NCBI RefSeq assembly: GCF_964213995.1
Contig: NC_135820.1
Location: 3,534,001 to 3,598,000 of the forward strand
From: Mustelus asterias
Lineage: Eukaryota
Reading direction: 5' to 3'
Length of the DNA: 64,000 nucleotides
Positions within the stretch are counted from its first letter, which is position 1; each line of letters begins with the position of its first letter. Position numbers and translations under genes: made by a program. Positions 12,451 through 24,700 of this stretch are shown here, piece by piece. The notes below the pieces were generated by a model. The model was not told the DNA's origin and did no database searches. It saw only the letters and a program-made list of their open reading frames with translations.

Positions 12451-12795
12451 GGGCGGCATGGTAGCACAGTGGTTAGCACTGCTGCTTCACAGCTCCAGGG
12501 TCCCGGGTTGGATTCCCAACACGGGTCACTGTCTGTGTGGAGTTTGCACATTCTCCTCGTGTCTGCGTGGGTTTCCTCCGGGTGCTCCGGTTTCCTCCCA
12601 CAGTCCAAAGATGTGCGGGTTAGGTTGATTGGCCAGGTTTAAAATTGTCCCTTAGCGTCCTGGGATGCGTAGGTTAGAGGGATTAGCGGGTAAATATGTG
12701 GGGGTAGGGCCTGGGTGGGATTGTGGTCGGTGCAGACTCGATGGGCCGAATGGCCTCCTTCTGCACTGTAGGGTTTCTATGATTCTATGATTCTA
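12451..12795 (+). mobile_element. HE1/V-SINE-like element (young) inserted in a CR1 3' UTR
   Basis: Full head to (TTCTATGA)n tail. Confidence 0.9.
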
Positions 12796-12952
12796 AGTGC
12801 AGGTCAGTGGGACGAGGCAAAAAATGGTTCAGCACAGACAAGAAGAGCCAAAAGGCCTGTTTCTGAGCTGTAATTTTCTATGGTTCTATGGTCCCTGAAA
12901 TTGTCCTCCCCACCAGCGACATACTGTGTTCTGTGGAACAACACTTTCAAGT

Positions 12953-13272
12953 GTGGCACGGTGGCACAGTGATTGGCGTACACTGCCTCACAGCGCCAGG
13001 AGCCCAGGTTCAATTCCGGCCTCGGGTCACTGTCTGTGTGGAATCCGTATGTTCTCCCCATGTCTGCGTGGATTTCCTCTGGGTTCTCCGGTTTCCTCCC
13101 ACATTCCAAAGATGTGCGGGTTAGGCTGATTGGCTGTGCTAAATTGACCCTAGTGTCAGGGATTAGCAGGGTAAATGCGTGGGGTTGTGGCAATAGTGCC
13201 TGGGTGGGACTGTGGTTAGTACAGACCCCATGGGCCGAATGACCTCCTCTGTATTGTCGGGATTCTATGATT
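12953..13272 (+). mobile_element. HE1/V-SINE-like element
   Basis: Head, core and tail. Confidence 0.85.
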
Positions 13273-13640
13273 CGATGACAGTTGCCACTACAGGTGGGCG
13301 AGACTGGAAAATTCACAATTTTTATGTCCCGTGGAGTGCGCAGAGCAGTCTCGTCCAGACGAAGGTGACTCCGTCCCCTACTCCCAGCCCACGGGTGAGC
13401 CACGCAAAACACCGAATCATCGGCGGGACTGGAAAATCCCACAGTGTGCGCAGTTACACTAAAAGGAGCAAAGTTGAACAACCCCCATCTATTTAATCCA
13501 TCCACTTTTATTTTCACTGGAATCCCCCCCGAGGATTGTTCAGCTCCACAGAAAATCTTTTACTCTTTTTTTCATAGGAGCATTTCTTCAAAGAAAGGCA
13601 AATATTGGTTTGCGTAAATCATGTGGAACCTGAACCTTAC

Positions 13641-13692
13641 CAGACAGGAGAAAGCCAATGCAAACGGTGGGAGCCCACGCCAGTGAAATCAT
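13641..13692 (-). CDS. Isolated signal-peptide (leader) exon, MISLAWAPTVCIGFLLS + 1 nt; remainder of the gene not seen in the window
   Basis: ATG at 13692, 52 nt, hydrophobic core, phase-1 donor CTG|gtaagg; lies in non-repetitive DNA with ETS (CAGGAAGT ~13798) and RUNX-like (TGCGGT ~13883) motifs upstream. Confidence 0.6.
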
Positions 13693-14320
13693 GTTGAAAA
13701 AGCGACCTTCCTTCTATCCGGGAGTCAAAAACAAGAGGCTGCTTTCCCAGCGGACTATCCAACCAACAAGTGCAATGATCTCTGTGGCAATTCATAGCAG
13801 GAAGTACAGGAAAACCTCGCAAAAAGCGCAGTGATGCACATGCTTTTCCTCTCTCTCACCACGTCTTTGCTCACACTAAGATTGCGGTTTCTTGGCCAGA
13901 GCTGTGCCAGCTCTTTTTTATTTACAGCTCTTGTACCTTCCTCCCCAGTGGAGGGACTGGTGGCCCATTGTACCAGCAGGGGATGTGGATGAGCCGCTTG
14001 CTCCTCCCTGCTCCAGAAGGAAGGCGAGGCCACACTGCAGGTCCCAGGGTTGTGTGGGTCCAGTCTGCAACACGCCAGGGACAAATATATTTCAGCTGTT
14101 GTCTTGCTCGATGCTCTGTCGCCCTTACAGGGTGAGGTGGGTCCATGAAGCATGCAGGGTATTGCTTTTGGGGACAATATTTCGAATCCCACCACAGCGG
14201 ATGGTTAAATTTGAATCCAGGGAAAAAACTGGAACGAAAAGTCTAACGATGACCATGTCGATTGTCGCGAAACATACACCCATCTGGTTCACTGGTATCC
14301 CTATAGGTAAGGATGTCCTC

Positions 14321-15794
14321 GGGGTGGCACGGTGGCACAGTGGTTAGCACTGCTGCATCACAGTGCCAGGGACCCAAGTTCAATTCCAGCCATGGGTCAC
14401 TGTCTGTGTGGAGTTTGCACATTCTCCCCGTGTGTTTGACCCGGGTGCTCCGGTTTCCTCCTACAATCCAAAGATGTACAGACTGCAGGGTTGACCATGC
14501 TAAATTGCCACTTAGGAACCAAGGATGTGCAGGTTAGATGGATTGGTCATGCTAAATTGCCCCTTCATGTCCAAAACGTACAGGTTAAGTGGATTGGCTG
14601 TGCTAAATTGACCCTTGGTGTCCAAAGATGTGTAGGTTAGGTGGATTGGCCATGTTAAATTGCACCTTAGTTTCGAAAGATGTGCAGGTTATGTGTATTG
14701 GTCATGCTAACTTGCTCCTTAGTGACCAAAGATGTCCAGGTTGGGTGGACTGGCCATGATAAATTGCCCCTAAGTGTCCAAAGATGTGCAGGTTAGATGG
14801 ATTGGTCATGCTAAATTGTTCCGTAGTGTCCAAAGATGTGCAGGTTAGGGTGGATTGGCCACGGTAAATTGCCCCTTAGTGTCTAAAGATGTGAAGGTTA
14901 GGTGGATTGCCCATGTTAAATTACGTGTTACTGTCCAAAGATGTGCAGGTTCGGTGGATTGGCCATGCTGAATTGCCCCTTAGTGTCCAAAGATGTGTAG
15001 GTTAAGTGGATTAGCCATGCTAAATTGCCCCTTAGTGTCCAAAGATGTGCAGGTTTGGTGGATTGGCCATGCTGAATTGTCCCTTAGTGTCCAAAGGTGT
15101 GCAGGTTCGGTGGATTGGCCATGCTAAATGGCCGAGAAGGGTCCAAAGATGTGCAGGTTAGGTGGATTGGCCATGCTAAATTGCCACTAAGTAACCAAAG
15201 ATGTGCAGGTTAGGTGGATTTGTAATGCTAAATTGCCCGGAAGTGTCCAAAGATGTGCAGGTTAGTTGAATTGGCCAGGCACGTTGTCCCTTCGTGTCAT
15301 AAAATGTGCAGGTTAGGTGGATTGGCCTTGCTAAACTGCTCCTTAGTGTCCAAAGGTATGCAGGTTAGGTGGATTGGCCATGCTAAATTGCCACTAAGTA
15401 ACCAAAGATGTGCAGGTTAGGTGGATTTGTAATGCTAAATTGCCCGGAAGTGTCCAAAGATGTGCAGGTTAGTTGAATTGGCCAGGCACGTTGTCCCTTC
15501 GTGTCATAAGATGTGCAGGTTAGGTGGATTGGCCTTGCTAAACTGCTCCTTAGTGTCCAAAGGTATGCAGGTTAGGTGGATTGGCCATGCTAAATTGCCC
15601 GGAAGGATCCTAAGATGTGCATGTTCGGTGCATTGGCCATGCAAATTGCCCCTTACTGTCCAAAGATGTGCAGGTTAGGTGGATTGGCCATGCTAAATTG
15701 TCTGTTTGTGTCCAAAGATGTGCAGGTTAGGTGGATTGGTTATGCTAAATTGCCCCTTAGTGTTCAAAGGTGTGCAGGTTAGGTGGATTGGCCA
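14321..15794 (+). repeat. SINE head followed by a tandem array (~25 units) of the 52-bp SINE core
   Basis: Unit ccaaagatgtgcaggttaggtggattggccatgctaaattgccccttagtgt repeated 14467-15794; internal ~207-bp re-duplication (15181 vs 15388). Confidence 0.92.
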
Positions 15795-16242
15795 GCGAAT
15801 CTGCGCTGTCGTGTGTCATGAAGGCCGCCTTGGAGAACGCTTACCCGAAGTTCAGAGGCTGAATGCCCTGACTGCAGTCACTGAGCTGAAACTGGGAGCC
15901 AAGTTCCGCACACGAGGACAGGATCTTAGGTTCATGTCACACTACCTGTAGTCCCCATGACTTGCCTGTGCTTGCAAAATCTCACGAACTGTCCTGGCAA
16001 TACACACCTCTTTAACTTGTGCTTGGCCCTCTCTCCACTCACATTGTCTGCACCTTTAAGACTGGATTACCTGTAAAGACTCGCATTCCAACCATTATCT
16101 TGTAAATTGAGTTTGTGTCGATATATGCCCTGTTTGTGAACAGAACTCCCACTCACCTGACGAAGGGGCATGCTCCAAAAGCTTGTGCTGCCAGATAAAC
16201 CTGTTGGACTTCAACCTGGTGTTGTGAGACTTCTTACTGTGC
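15795..16242 (+). mobile_element. Penelope-like 3' fragment with an inverted 5' segment
   Basis: 15795-15873 is antisense GIY-YIG sequence, followed by sense KFRTRG..FMSHYL and the 3' UTR. Confidence 0.8.
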
Positions 16243-16756
16243 TAAAAGGTGCCTCCGGACACACAGCAATATGGTTAACTCTGAAATGCCCCTCTGAAAT
16301 AGCTGTTCATTTCCAGGATAATTAGGGATAGGAAATAAGCATCGGCCGAGGGAGGGCCGCCCGCACTGAGTTAACAAACAAAACAAGTCAGCTAAATTGC
16401 AGAATGTTTTCTCTGGTTAAAGCTGCAGCTGAGCTTTGTCCTTCCTCATTCCTCTGTGGGGAGATTTGGATTTCTTCACCAACGTTCCTGCCTCAGCACC
16501 TGTTTCCTTTTTGACCACAGAACAAGTAACTGCGCTGACAAGTCTTCCCCAGGGGAGGGGTAAATGGACCCACTATTTCAGGAGCTCGTGGTTGGTGGCA
16601 GGGGTCACCCGAATCAATTCCGTCTTGTCCATTGTCCCTGTACTTTTCATTGCGTCCAATCTCCACAGTGTAGCAGACAGGGGGTCACTTTTATCAGTGA
16701 GGGTGGTGTTAGGGCACATCTGACCTGCAACTGTGACCAAACATTCAGAATATCGA

Positions 16757-17384
16757 ATAGAATCATAGAATCCCTACAGCGCAGAAGGAGGCCATTTGGC
16801 CCATCGAGTCTGCACCGACCACAATCCCACCCAGGCCCTGTCCCCATAACCCAATGCATTTCTCCCAGCTTGTCCCCCTGACACGAAGGGGCATTTAGCA
16901 GGGCTAATCCATCGAATCCACACATGTTTGGACTGTGGGAGAAAACCCACGCAGACATGGGGAGAAGGTGCAAACTCGACACAGGCAGTCACCCAAGCTG
17001 GAAATCGAACCCTGGTCCCTGGTGCTGTGTGTGGGCAGTGCTAACCACTGTGACACCATGCTGCCCACAGGGACAGGTACATTCTCTCCTACGGAAGTTA
17101 ACAAAGTTAAAGTTTATTTATTATTGTCACATTTAGGCTTACATTAACACTGCAATGAAGTTACTGTGAAAATCCCCTGGTTGCCACACTTTCGGGGATA
17201 CTGAGGGAGAATTTAGCCAATGCACATAACCAGCAGGTCTTTCAGACTGTGGAAGGAAGCCAGAGCACTCGGAGGAAACCCACGCAGACACGGGGAGAAT
17301 GTGCAGTGACCCAAGCCGGGAATCGAACCCTGTTCCCTGGTGCTGTGGGGCAGCAGTGCTAACCACTGTGCCGCTGGGCCGCCC
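16757..17384 (-). mobile_element. Two V-SINE-like elements (CR1-tail 16757-17066; type-B tail 17105-17384)
   Basis: SINE heads, cores and tails, reverse complement. Confidence 0.85.
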
Positions 17385-17744
17385 CAGATTCGGATGTTGA
17401 GAATGAACATTGAAAGGAATGACAATTTTTTTCATTGCTTCACTAAAAAACTTCCTTTTTTTTCAATAGCAGCTGATAAAATTTCCCTCTCCCTTCGCCC
17501 ATAAAATACTTCAGCAATGAAATTTCTCTGAATAAATTCCGTAACAGTTCCATGGAGGATATCTATGGACTGGTCAAGTGGGCAGAATACTAGCAAATAG
17601 GGTTGAAATTGGAGAATTGTGAGGTCACACATTTGGGGAGATTGCACAATGCAAGGGATTACACAATAAATGGGAGTTTTAAAAAAGTTTATTGATGAGT
17701 GTCATGAGTAGGCTTATATTAACACTGCAATGAAGTTACTAGGG

Positions 17745-19165
17745 GAGGCGATGGTATTATCGCTGGACTATTAATCCAGCATCTCAGCTAATGTTCTGGG
17801 GACCAGGGTACGAATCCCGCCATGGCAGGTGGTAGATTTTGAATTCAATAAAAAAATCTGGAATTAAGAATCTACTGATGACCATGGTGGCATAGTGGTT
17901 AGCACTGCTGCTTCACAGCGCCAGGGACCTGGGTTCAATTCCCGGCTTGGTTCGCTGTCTGTGTGGAGTTTGCACGTTCTCCCCGTGTCTGCGTGGGTTT
18001 CCTCTGGGTACTCCGGTTTCCCCCCATAGTCCAAAGATGTGCAGGCTCGGTGGATTGGCCGTGTTAAATTGCCCCTTAGTGTCAGCGGGACTAGCTGGGG
18101 TAAATGCATGGGGTTATGGGGATAGGGGCTGGATGGGATTGTGGTCGGTGCAGACTCGATGGGCCGAAAGGCCTCCTTCTGCACTCCAGGGATTCTAAAC
18201 AATCTACACATGAAACCATTGTTGATTGTCAGAAAAACACATCTGGTTCACTAATGTCCCTTTCGGGAAGGAAAGCTGCCGTTCTTACCTGGTCTGATAT
18301 ACATGTGGCTCCAGACTCACAGCAATGTAGTTGACTCTTAACTGCCCTCTGAACAGGGGCAACTAGGGATGGGCAATAAATGCTGGCCAGCCAGCGACAC
18401 CCAGGTCCCACAGATGAATAAAAAATCCCTGAAAATCCCCCAGTCGCCACACTCTGGCACCTGTTCGGGTACACTGAGGGAGAATTTAGCACGGTCAATG
18501 CATCTAACCAGCACATCTTTCAGACTGTGGGAGGAAACCGGAGCACCCAAAGGAGACCCACACGGACACAGGCAGAACGTGCAGACTCTGCACTGACAGT
18601 GACCCAAGGCTGGGAATCGAACCCAGGTCTCTGGCGCTGTGAGGCAGCAGTGCTAACCACTGTGTCGCTGGAATGACACAGAATGGGGTGGAGGGAGTGA
18701 GGGATCTTGGACTGCATGCCCACAGATCCCGGATTGCATCAGGGCAGGTTGATGAGGTGTTTGGGGAACATGGAATCCTTTCATTTATTAGGAGTGGTAC
18801 AGAAGGCGGAGGCGATGGCCCAGTGGTATCATGGTGAGATTATTAATCCAGAAACTCAGCTAATGTATTGGGGACCCAGGTTCAAATCCCGCCACGGCAG
18901 ATGGTAGAATTTGAATTCAATTAAAAATATCTGGAACTAAGAATCTACTGATGAAATCATTGTTAATTTTTCTGAAAAACCCATCTGGTTCACTAATGCC
19001 CTTAAGGGAAGGAAATCTGCCATCCTTACCCGGTCTGGCCTACATGTGACACCAGAGCCACAGCAATGTGGTTAACTCTCAACTACCCTCCAAGGGCAAC
19101 TAGGGATGGGCAATAAATGCTGGCCAGCCAGCAACGCCCATGTCCCACAAATGAATATTTAAAAA
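17745..19165. mobile_element. Nested SINE cluster: two Deu-SINE (SacSINE1-like) copies (17745-18425, split by an HE1-like SINE at 17884-18197; and 18805-19165) plus a minus-strand SINE at 18425-18668
   Basis: Shared domain ggtagaatttgaattcaa...catctggttcactaatg...agggaaggaaatctgcc and tail gggcaactagggatgggcaataaatgctggcc; the family name is recalled, not verified. Confidence 0.7.
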
Positions 19166-19169
19166 AATA

Positions 19170-19708
19170 TATAAAAGCAGGAAGGCAATGCTGGAATTGC
19201 ACAAAATGTTAGTTAGGCCACAACTTGAGCTCTCTGTGCAGTTCTATCACCTCATTACAGAAAGGGTATAATTTCATTAGAGAGGGTACAGAGGAGATTC
19301 ACAAGGATGTTGCCACTCAGGACTGGGAAATTGCAGCTGGATGGAAGATCAGATAGGCTGGGGGTCTTCTCCTTGGAGGGTGAGGGGATATTGGATTGAG
19401 GTGCACAAAATTGTGAGGGGGTCTGGGTAGAATGGACGGTAAGTGCTTACTTACTTCAGGCAAGAGGTCAGTGACTGGGGGAGCAATGGTTCAAAGTGAT
19501 TGGTAGAAAGATTGGAGGGGAGATGAGGAAGTATTTTTCACCCAGGAGGATGTGGATGTCTGGAACTCAACGACTTGAAAGAGACAGAAACCTCTCAGTC
19601 TTATCTTAAAGGTGTCTGGATTTGTATCTAACCTGCAGGGCTATGGACCAAATGTGGGAAAGTGGGGCTTGGCTGGGGAGCTCATATCTCAGTCAGTGCA
19701 CAGATGAT
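19170..19708 (+). mobile_element. Old CR1 3' fragment (resumes at 20044-20090)
   Basis: Degenerate LVRPQLE..ERVQRRFTRMLP; the 3' UTR cagacgatgggc(t)gagtggc is split by the U2-headed insert. Confidence 0.75.
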
Positions 19709-19711
19709 CAG

Positions 19712-20044
19712 ATCGCTTCTCGGCCTTTTGGCTAAGATCAAGTGTAGCATGGAGAGGATGCTGCACTTGGTTGAGGTCATTAGGTTACGCTGAGGCTTCA
19801 TATGTTTCATATGAAGCAATTTTTAAAAGCGGCATCTCGGCCTTTTGGCTAAGATGCAAATGAGCCCAAGTCTTGAAGGAGGAACCTCTCCCTTCTGCAA
19901 TCAGCTTGGCTCATGTAGATCAGGCCCAGGACAGGGTGGTTTAGTCGCTCGCCCTGTCTTGTCAGCCTGGATCGGAAATGTCTCAACTTGTTGAGACTCT
20001 GAATTGGATTTGATTTGATTGAATTGGAAAAGTATTAAAAAAAA
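19712..20044 (+). mobile_element. U2 snRNA-headed structured retroposon (SINEU-like, or a retrocopy of a U2-derived RNA)
   Basis: U2 nt 1-36 at 19712-19747; second U2 stem-loop I at 19835-19855; A8 tail at 20037-20044; 18-bp TSD agtcagtgcacagaYgat at 19691-19708 and 20044-20061. Confidence 0.8.
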
Positions 20045-20570
20045 GTCAGTGCACAGACGATGGGCTGAGTGGCTTTTCTGTGCTGTAAAAGGCAGCCAAT
20101 GATTCAAAGTTGATGGAAGTGCAAAATGTTTATATATATATATATTTCTATATATATATTTATTTTTAACTGCAGTCACGTGTCTAACAGCACAGTGAAT
20201 AGCAGCTTGCAAAATAACAATGTTGACACTTTGTAAGGTTACCATGATTAGCTTATCTCCGGCCCACTAACTGCTCTTCATCGACTTGGTCTCACACTTT
20301 AGATTGTGGGGAGCAGATTAGGTTGGCAGTTTGAATGCACACTGTTCCTTCCGTCACAACTCTACACAGCCTTGGAAACAAAACACTTGTTTAGTGCACT
20401 TTATTTCATCACCTCTCTCTTTGCCTCTTGTGTGACCAAATTTGGAAGTAAAGAAAGAAGCCTCATCATTTCTCAAGCGGATGGAAGATTGGGCAGGTTT
20501 ATATCCAGCCTACGCCCCTTTCTGGATGCCCAATGCCCCTGATTGTCAGCACTTCAACGCGATGGCACAG

Positions 20571-21290
20571 GGGTGACACAGTGGCAGAGTGGTTAACACT
20601 GCTGCCTCGCAGCTCCAGGGACCTGGGTTCGATTCCCAGCTTGGGTGACTGTTTGTGTGGAGTTTGCACATTCTCCCCGCGTCTGCGTGTGTTTCCTCCG
20701 CATGCTCCGCTTTCCTCCCCACAATCCAAAGATGTGCGGGTTAGGTTGATTGGCGATGCTAAATTGCCTCTTCGTGCCCCGGGATGTGTAGGCTAGAGGG
20801 GTTAGCAAAGTAAATATGTGGAGATATGGGGATAGGGGATAGTGATCAGTGCAGACCCGATGGGCCAAATGGCCTCTTTCTGCAGTGTACGGTTTCTATG
20901 ACGATGACTCGACGACACTAATCGCATGCTCCTACCAGGAACTATTTCAGAGAAGTTGGGGAACTATTTAATCCCAGCTTAAAAGTTTTTGAAAAAGCTT
21001 TATTTATTAATGTCTCAAGCAGGCTGACATTAACACTGCAATGAAGTTACTGTGAAAATCCCCGAGTCGCCACCTTCTCGCATACACTGAGGGAGAATTT
21101 AGCATGGCCAATGCACCTAACCAGCATGTCTTTCGGACTGTGGGGAGAAACCGGAGCACCCGGAGGAAACGCACGCAGACACAGGGAGAAGGTTCAGACT
21201 CCGCACAGTCAGTGACCCAAACCGGGAATCGAACCCAGGTCCCTGGTCCTATACAGTAGCAGTGCTAACCACTGTGCCACCGTGCCACCC
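20571..21290. mobile_element. Two V-SINE-like elements (+ 20571-20900; - 20990-21290)
   Basis: Heads, cores and tails. Confidence 0.85.
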
Positions 21291-21579
21291 AAGCTCTCAA
21301 AGAGGCGTTCGCAGTGTGGGTGGTATTAGTACTGGGGATGGGAGGCTGGGGCTGGCGATGGGGGCCGGGTCCCAATTCTCAGACTCCCCTTAACTGTCGC
21401 CTCTAGATGGTCCCAATAGAACGTCTCAAAATTATTCAGCATCCTTGTCAGAGAGGTTTTAGCGACATTGACATTTTATAGCCCATTTCTCAGTCCTCCT
21501 CAATCCACTGGGGGTCAAGTTTTACAGGTAGTTAGGACATCATTCGCTAAGTTGAAAAGAAAATTCTTGTATCCAATTT

Positions 21580-22310
21580 TTGATTTGATTTATTGTTGTC
21601 ACATGTATTAGGATCCAGTGAAAAGTATTTTTTGTTGCGCGTTATACAGACAAAGCATGCCATTCATAGAGTACATAGGGGAGAAGGAAATGAGAGAGTG
21701 CAGAATGTAGTGTTACAGCCATAGCAAGGGTGTAGAGAAAGATCAACTTAATATATGGTAGGTCCATTCAGAAGTCTGATGGCAGCAGAGAAGAAACTGT
21801 TCTTGAGTCGATTGATACGTGATCTCAGGCTTTTGTATCTTTTTCCCGACAGAAGAAGGTGGAAGAGAGTATGTCCGGGGTGCGTGGGGTCCTTGATTAT
21901 ACTGACAGCTTTTCCGAGGCAGTGTGAAGTGTAGATGGAGTCAGTAGATGGGAGGCTGGTTTGCGTGATGGACTGGACTATGTTGCCAATCCTTTGAGGT
22001 TATTTGCGGTCTTGGGCAGAGCAGGAGCCATACCGAGCGATGATACATCCGGAAAGCATGCTTTTTATGATGCATCTGTAAAAATTGGTGAGAGTTGTGG
22101 TGGACATGCAAAATTTCCTTAGTCTCCTGTGAAATTAGAGACATTGGTTGGTTTTCTTAACTATAGTGTCGGCGTGGAGGGACCAGGACAGATTGTTTGT
22201 GATCTGGACACCTAGAAACTTGAAGCTCTTGACCATTTCCACTTCATCCCTGTTGATGGAGACAGGGGCATGTTCTTCACTGCACTTCCTGAAGTCAATG
22301 ACTATCTCCT
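21580..22310 (-). mobile_element. Rex/Babar-like LINE 3' fragment
   Basis: KEIVIDFRK...VEMVKSFKFLGVQITNNLSWSLH; tail tgtgacaacaataaatcaaatc. Confidence 0.8.
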
Positions 22311-22892
22311 TCCTTTTAATTTCAGCTTCATTGGTGATTTGCAGACGGACCCCACTGAGGGTAAAGCTAATTGATCTCTGCGTGAAGATGCACAATTAAA
22401 CGGGAAGCTTTCTGAAGGTGATTTACTCCAAACTCCAATGTTGCGAATACCAGTGAGTAACGTTATATGGAGAGACTGCAGAAGCTGGGTTGGCTCTCCC
22501 GACCATCAGGGAAATTAGAGATGGTGAAACTCTTTCTGGGTCCTCGTGGTGTTGTGGGTTGGATGGTGACACAATGGTATTGTCACTGGAGGGGCAACAA
22601 TGTGGATTTTCTGTGTAACTTTTCTCTGGATCTATGGTCAGAGCTGAAGACAACAGGAAATATGATGAGGTTTCTACTGTTGTGGGGGAGTGGGGGAGGT
22701 GGAGCTGGAAAAGTGGGGCTGGGTAGAGGGCCAGTGATAAGTGGTGGCAAGGGAGCAACTGACAAAGACGTCCTGGACAACAAGACAAAGGGATTGCAAA
22801 TGGTCGTGGTCATGGCTTGGAAGGGTGCTGATAGCCGCCATTAAGAGATCAGAATGTGGAAACGACAGAACAACGGTACGCAATGTGACAAA

Positions 22893-23340
22893 GGACAATA
22901 CAGTGGTACAGTGGTTAGCACTGCTACCTCACAGTGCCAGGGTCCCAGGTTCAAGTCCAGCCTCGGGTCACTGTCTGTGCGGAGTGTGCATGTTCTCCAC
23001 GTGTCTGCGTGGGTTTCCTCCGGGCACTCCAGTTTCCTCCCACACTCCAAAGATGTGTAGGTTAGGTGGATTGGCCATGTTAAATTGCTCCTTAGTCTCC
23101 CAAAACATGTAGGTTCGGTGGATTTACTATGCTAACTTGCCACTTTGTATCCAATGATGTCTAGCTTTGGTGGATTGGCCATGCTGAATTGCCCCTTAGT
23201 GTCCAAAGATGTGCAGGTTAGGTGGATTGGCCATGGTGAATGTTTAGGATTATGGTGATAGAGCGGGGTGTGGGCCTGTATAAGATGCTCTTTCTGAGAG
23301 GCAGGGCCGAATGGCCTTCTGCACTGCAGGCATTCAATGG
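22893..23340 (+). mobile_element. HE1-like SINE with ~4 tandem core units
   Basis: Head, repeated core and tail. Confidence 0.85.
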
Positions 23341-23469
23341 TTCTTTGATACTTCCCTGAGCCTGGGAATCCAGGTCTGTCCCCCTCTCTGGCAAAACCCT
23401 GGATAACGGAAACAAGGCGATTGACATAATTCACAACAGGGAGGGGAAGGGGTGAGGGCTGAGGTGTGG

Positions 23470-24700
23470 GAGGTGTGTGTCTGAGTGTGAGTGTGTGTGA
23501 GTGTGAGTGTGTGTGTGTGTGTGTGAGTGCCAGTGTGTGTGTGTGAGTGAGTGTCAGTGTGTGTGTGTGTGTGTGAGTGTCAGTGTGTGTGTGTGTGAGT
23601 GTCAGTGTGTGTGTGTGTGTGTGTGAGTGTCAGTGTGTGTGTGTGTGAGTTTGCATGAGTGTGTGTATTTGTGAGNNNNNNNNNNNNNNNNNNNNNNNNN
23701 NNNNNNNNNNNNNNNNNNNNNNNNNNNNNNNNNNNNNNNNNNNNNNNNNNNNNNNNNNNNNNNNNNNNNNNNNNNNNNNNNNNNNNNNNNNNNNNNNNNN
23801 NNNNNNNNNNNNNNNNNNNNNNNNNNNNNNNNNNNNNNNNNNNNNNNNNNNNNNNNNNNNNNNNNNNNNNNNNNNNNNNNNNNNNNNNNNNNNNNNNNNN
23901 GTGNNNNNNNNNNNNNNNNNNNNNNNNNNNNNNNNNNNNNNNNNNNNNNNNNNNNNNNNNNNNNNNNNNNNNNNNNNNNNNNNNNNNNNNNNNNNNNNNN
24001 NNNNNNNNNNNNNNNNNNNNNNNNNNNNNNNNNNNNNNNNNNNNNNNNNNNNNNNNNNNNNNNNNNNNNNNNNNNNNNNNNNNNNNNNNNNNNNNNNNNN
24101 NNNNNNNNNNNNNNNNNNNNNNNNNNNNNNNNNNNNNNNNNNNNNNNNNGGTGTGTGTGTGAGAGTGTGTGCGAGTGTGTGTGTGAGTGTGTGTTTGAGT
24201 GTGTGTGTGTATGTGTGTGAGTGTGTGTTTGAGTGTGTGTGTATGCGAGTGCGTGTGCGTGAGTGTGTGTGTGCAAGAGTGTGTCAGTGTGTGTGAGTGA
24301 GTGTGAGTGAATGTGAGTGTGTGTGTGTGTGACTGTGTGTGTGGGTGTGTGTGAGTGTGTGCATTTGTGTATGAATGTGTGAGTGTGGGTGGGTGTGTAT
24401 GTGGGTGTGGGTGTGTGTGTGAGTGTGTGTGTGTGTGAGTGTGAGTGTGTGTATGTGTGTGTGTGCGTGCGAGTGTGCGAGTGTTGGTGTGTGTGATTGT
24501 GTGTTTATGAGTGAGGGTGTGTGCGTCTGTGCGTGTGAGTGTGTGTGTGTGAGCATATGAGTGTGTGAGTGCATGTGTGCGAGTGTGCGAGTGTGGGTGT
24601 GTGTGAGTGAGGGTGTGTGTGTGTGAGTGTGTGTGTGTATGTGTGAGTGTGTGTGTGTGAGCATGTCTGTGTGTGTGTGAGAGAGTGTGGGTGTGTGAGA
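23470..24700 (+). repeat. (GT)n/(GTGA)n compound microsatellite containing an N gap (23676-23900 and 23904-24149)
   Basis: Direct inspection. Confidence 0.95.

Noticed and set aside
12451-12530. tRNA gene-like A/B boxes at SINE heads
   Set aside because: tRNA-derived SINE heads, not complete cloverleaf tRNAs
14467-15794. Regular ~52-bp repeats that look CRISPR-like (also 45535-46700)
   Set aside because: Head-to-tail monomers with no unique spacers, derived from the SINE core; eukaryotic context and no cas genes
19712-19855. Functional U2 snRNA gene
   Set aside because: Only the first 36 nt and a second stem-loop I match U2; poly(A) and TSD show retroposition, and the flanks are CR1 rather than an snRNA promoter
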